A stretch of DNA of 64,000 nt from an uncultured Acidobacteriota bacterium. GTDB lineage: Bacteria; Acidobacteriota; Vicinamibacteria; Vicinamibacterales; CAVVIG01. Below, one piece after another: positions 61,098-64,000 of this stretch; within the stretch, counting starts at the first letter, position 1; the number at the start of each line of letters is the position of its first letter. Under the pieces are notes generated by a model. That model was not told where the DNA came from, searched no databases, and saw only the letters and a list, made by a program, of their open reading frames with translations. The DNA lies in assembly GCA_963754955.1 (NCBI GenBank), contig CAVWHY010000003.1:13576-77575 (forward strand), read 5' to 3'. Both the position numbers and the translations under genes were made by a program.

Positions 61098-62358
61098 GTG
61101 TCACGCCCGTTCCTCCGCCTCACGACACGCGTGCTGTGCGTCCTGGCGCTTGCCTGCGCCGTTCTGGTTTCGGTCCGCGCCGCGCAGGCCGGCGGCACGG
61201 CAGCCCCGCCGTCAACGCGAAGCGACGAAGTGCGGGCACTCTGGGTGGTTCGCACGAGCCTCACCTCGCCGGCAGTCGTGGACGAAATCGTGGCGTCTGC
61301 GAAGGCCAGCGGGTTCAACACGCTGCTCGTGCAGGTCCGGGGTCGCGGCGACGCGTACTACCTCGGCGGCTCTGAGCCGCGTCCACCCGCGCTGCTCTCG
61401 CAACCGGAATTCGATCCGCTGGCCAGAGCGCTTTCCGCCGCACACAACGCGGGGATTGCCGTCCACGCCTGGATCAACGTCAACCTCGTCTCGGGCACGG
61501 ACCTCCCGGCAGGCCGGAATCATATTGCCTACCGCCACCCCGAGTGGCTGATGGTGCCTCGCTCGCTCGGCGAGGATTTCGCGACGCTCGATCCCACCGG
61601 GCCCGGAATATCTCGGGCGGCTGATTCGATTCGCCCGCAACCAGCCTTCAGTGCTCGAGGGCCTCTACCTCTCGCCGGTCGCGCCCGGCGCCGTGGAGTA
61701 CACGAAGCTCGTCGTGCGCGAGATCGTGCAGCGCTACGCGGTGGACGGCGTCCACCTGGACTACGTTCGCTACCCGACCGACCAGTTCGACTACAGCCGC
61801 GACACGCTGGCGGCGTTTCGCCGTTCGATCCTTCCAGACCTCGGCGACGCCGATCGGGGCCGCTACGAGACACGTGCCGAAGCGGAACCACTGCTCTACA
61901 CCCGCGCGTTTCCCGAGCGCTGGCGTGCTTTCCGTATCGATCACCTGACGAACCTGCTGACGCAGCTGCGTGAGACCGTGCGGGCCGCGCGTCCGGGTGC
62001 CGTCGTCAGCGCCGCGGTCGTGCCCGACCCTATGGAGGCCGCCGGCCAGCGGCTGCAGGACTGGCCAGGATGGCTCGCGAAAGGCCTGATCGACGTCGTC
62101 TGCCCCATGGCGTCTACGACTGACAGCGTCGCGTTCGCCGCGCAGATCGCGGCTGCGCGCGAGGCCGCAGGACGCCATCCGCTCTGGGTGGGCATCGGCG
62201 CCTCCTCGCTCTCGCACGAGCAAATCATGGACGACATCGTGGCGGCGCGGCGGATTGGCGCGGGAGGCGTCGGCCTCCTCTCGTACGACAGCCTCACCGC
62301 GCCGGCCCGCGGATCGGGATATCTCAGCCGGCTCGGCAAGGCGGCGTTCAGCTTTTAG
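61098..62358 (+). CDS. glycoside-hydrolase-like GHL10 (YngK/DUF187-type) lipoprotein, one frame break (~61600)
   Basis: ORF 61098..61973 (signal peptide, VRALWVVRTSL..., GFNTLLVQVRGRGDAYY) continues in ORF 61651..62358 (VDGVHLDYVRYP...). The span is 3n+1. Confidence 0.6.
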
Positions 62359-62397
62359 GTTCAAGGCTCAGGGTTTAGGGTTCAGGGTTCGAGGTTC
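62358..62397. repeat. period-7 direct tandem units (GGGTTCA)
   Basis: GGTTCAA GGCTCA GGGTTTA GGGTTCA GGGTTCG AGGTTCA fills the entire 39-nt spacer between the GHL10 stop and the next ATG. Confidence 0.6.
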
Positions 62398-63463
62398 ATG
62401 ACGTCCATGGCTCCCTGCTCTGATGCGGCGCGCCGGGTTCTCGCCGACGCGATTCGCGCTCGCGTCTTCCCCGCCGCCACCGTGGAAGTCGGCAGCAGTG
62501 CCGGTCCGCTCTGGCAGGACGCCCTCGGCACGCTATCGTTCGATGCGGGCGCGTCGGCTATCGATCTCGACACGCCCTTCGACCTCGCCTCGCTGACAAA
62601 ACCGATCGCAACGACGACGGTCCTGATGCAACTCGTCGCTGCCGGCGCGGTGATGCTCGCCGAGCCCGTGTCGTCGTGCTTTCCCGAGTGGACCGGACGC
62701 GATCGGCAGGATGTGACGATGGCCGATCTGCTGGAGCACGCGTCGGGCCTGTCCGCCCGGCTCCTCGATGTGCCGCCGCTCGACCGCCGCGAATTCGAGC
62801 ACGAGATCTGCGCGGCGAAGCTCGAGTACGTCCCGCGCACCCGATCGATCTACAGCGACCTCGGATTCATCCTGCTGGGATTTGTCGCCGAAGATCGCGG
62901 GGGCGCGACGCTCGCGCTTCAATTCGAGTCCATCGCCGCACGATTGGGCGCGCCGCTCGCGTACGGACTCCCTGAAGACCGCCGCCGGCAGGCGGCGCCG
63001 ACGACACCGCTGCCGGAGGACATCCGGCGGGGACGCGTGCTCGTCGGCGAGGTGCACGACAACTATGCGGCGGCGTTGGGCGGCGTCGCCGGGCACGCCG
63101 GGCTGTTCGGGACGGCGCCCGCGGTCGGCGTTTTCGCGCGCGCCGTGCTGAACGCGTCGCGGGGACGCGCCGGCTTGCCCCCGCCGTTCTCTCCGCAGTT
63201 CGTCGGCCGGTTTACGGCACGCAGCCTCGTGCCCGGCCAGTTCGCGCGCTCTCGGCTGGGACACGATGCTCATCACATCATCGTGCGGCACGCGGATGTC
63301 GCCGTCGGCGTTCGGGCACGTCGGTTTCACGGGGACGTCCCTGTGGATCGATCCCGACCGCGACCGTTATTTCGTGCTGCTGACCAACCGCGCCCACGGC
63401 GGCGGATCGCTGGAGCAGATGCGCGACGTCCGGCGCGCCTTTCACGATTCCCTCGGGGGCTAG
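62398..63463 (+). CDS. serine hydrolase (beta-lactamase class C / PBP-like), one frame break (~63237)
   Basis: ORF 62398..63489 has the SxxK motif (FDLASLTKPIATT). The family-typical end HVGFTGTSLWIDPDRDRYFVLLTNR is in ORF 63266..63463. The span is 3n+1. Confidence 0.75.
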
Positions 63464-63501
63464 CCAAACAGCCGCGCCCGTCGTCTTAACCCGGCGTGAG
63501 G

Positions 63502-64000
63502 TTATCGTCCGCGCCCGGGACCACCCGGGAAGGGGAATGGCGCGCCGCCACCTCCGCCGGGTCCGCCAGGAGGACCACCCGGGCCGAATGGACCGCGTCC
63601 GTCGCCACGTCCAGGAGGGCCGCCCGGGCCGGGGAACGGCGACGTGTTCGGGAACGGCGAGTTGGGCTGCGGATTCTGGCCCTTGGCCTCGCTGTCCCCG
63701 GCCGCCCGCGCCGCCCGGCGCCGCTGCCCCGCCGCCACCTGCGGCGCCAGCCGGAGCGGTGTACACAAACGCCCATTCGTTGTAGTGCGAACGTCCTTTG
63801 TACAGGCGGATGGAGGTGTCGGTGCTCTTGCTCGTGACACCGATAATGCCGCCCACTGCGGCTCCGGGCGTTGTCGCGCCGGCGAACGGGTTCGTTCCGC
63901 GTCCGGGTTGGGCGGGCTGCGGCTGCTGCTGACCTCGCCCGGCCGTGGCGCGGCCCCCTGGCGTGGCCGCTTGTGCTTGTCCTTGTCCCTGCGCCTGCGT
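63502..64000 (-). CDS. hypothetical Gly/Pro/Gln-rich protein, 5'-partial (continues beyond the window), frame uncertain
   Basis: The minus-strand frame is open from nt 64000 (...QGQGQAQAATPGG...GGIIGVTSKSTDTSIRLYKGRSHYNEWAFVYTAP...). A G/P-rich tail in ORF 63502..63840 ends at TAA 63502. A frame break near 63680 is possible. Low-complexity sequence makes this weak. Confidence 0.3.
   Translation of the reverse strand, partial: RRRRDKDKHKRPRQGAAPRPGEVSSSRSPPNPDAERTRSPARQRPEPQWAALSVSRARAPTPPSACTKDVRTTTNGRLCTPLRLAPQVAAGQRRRAARAAGDSEAKGQNPQPNSPFPNTSPFPGPGGPPGRGDGRGPFGPGGPPGGPGGGGGAPFPFPGGPGRGR

Overview
This is a 64-kb, high-GC (roughly two-thirds G+C by eye) chromosomal segment from a Gram-negative-type bacterium. 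The phylum is not determinable here. All calls are by eye from the sequence and the ORF track, with no database search. The window is almost entirely housekeeping genes. In order they are: a czcCBA-type RND metal-efflux operon, agmatinase, mutS, tsaB-rimI, psd-pssA, a ~1300-aa NtrY-like histidine kinase, guaA, dnaE, accA and recJ. Next come lptC/A-lptB-rpoN-hprK-rapZ-EIIA(Man)-ptsH-ptsI, one IS630-family insertion, ssb, tolQ-tolR-tolA-like-tolB-pal-ybgF and recN. The window ends with miaB, a DUF151 nuclease, parA-parB, a GH57 enzyme, lptF/G, a PHP-domain hydrolase, metK, xerD, murQ and a serine hydrolase. I saw no rRNA, tRNA or CRISPR array, and no defence island or novel multi-protein system. 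The signals worth a second look are non-coding. (1) A 28-bp site at 51543-51570 closely matches the XerC/XerD dif consensus. It sits in an AT-rich island between convergent parB and GH57, 7.6 kb from xerD. (2) At least six intergenic spacers are filled with degenerate 7-8-nt tandem units, three of them arranged as long imperfect palindromes. The unit sequence differs at each locus. (3) A 54-nt double-hairpin repeat brackets the czc operon as direct copies, with a degenerate third copy near ssb. (4) At least 24 reading-frame breaks occur in otherwise intact and often essential genes. By frame arithmetic from the ORF-track coordinates, 23 of the 24 behave as +1 insertions. That points to an insertion-biased sequence error rather than pseudogenisation, and it makes the mutS break and the apparent gene fusions uncertain.
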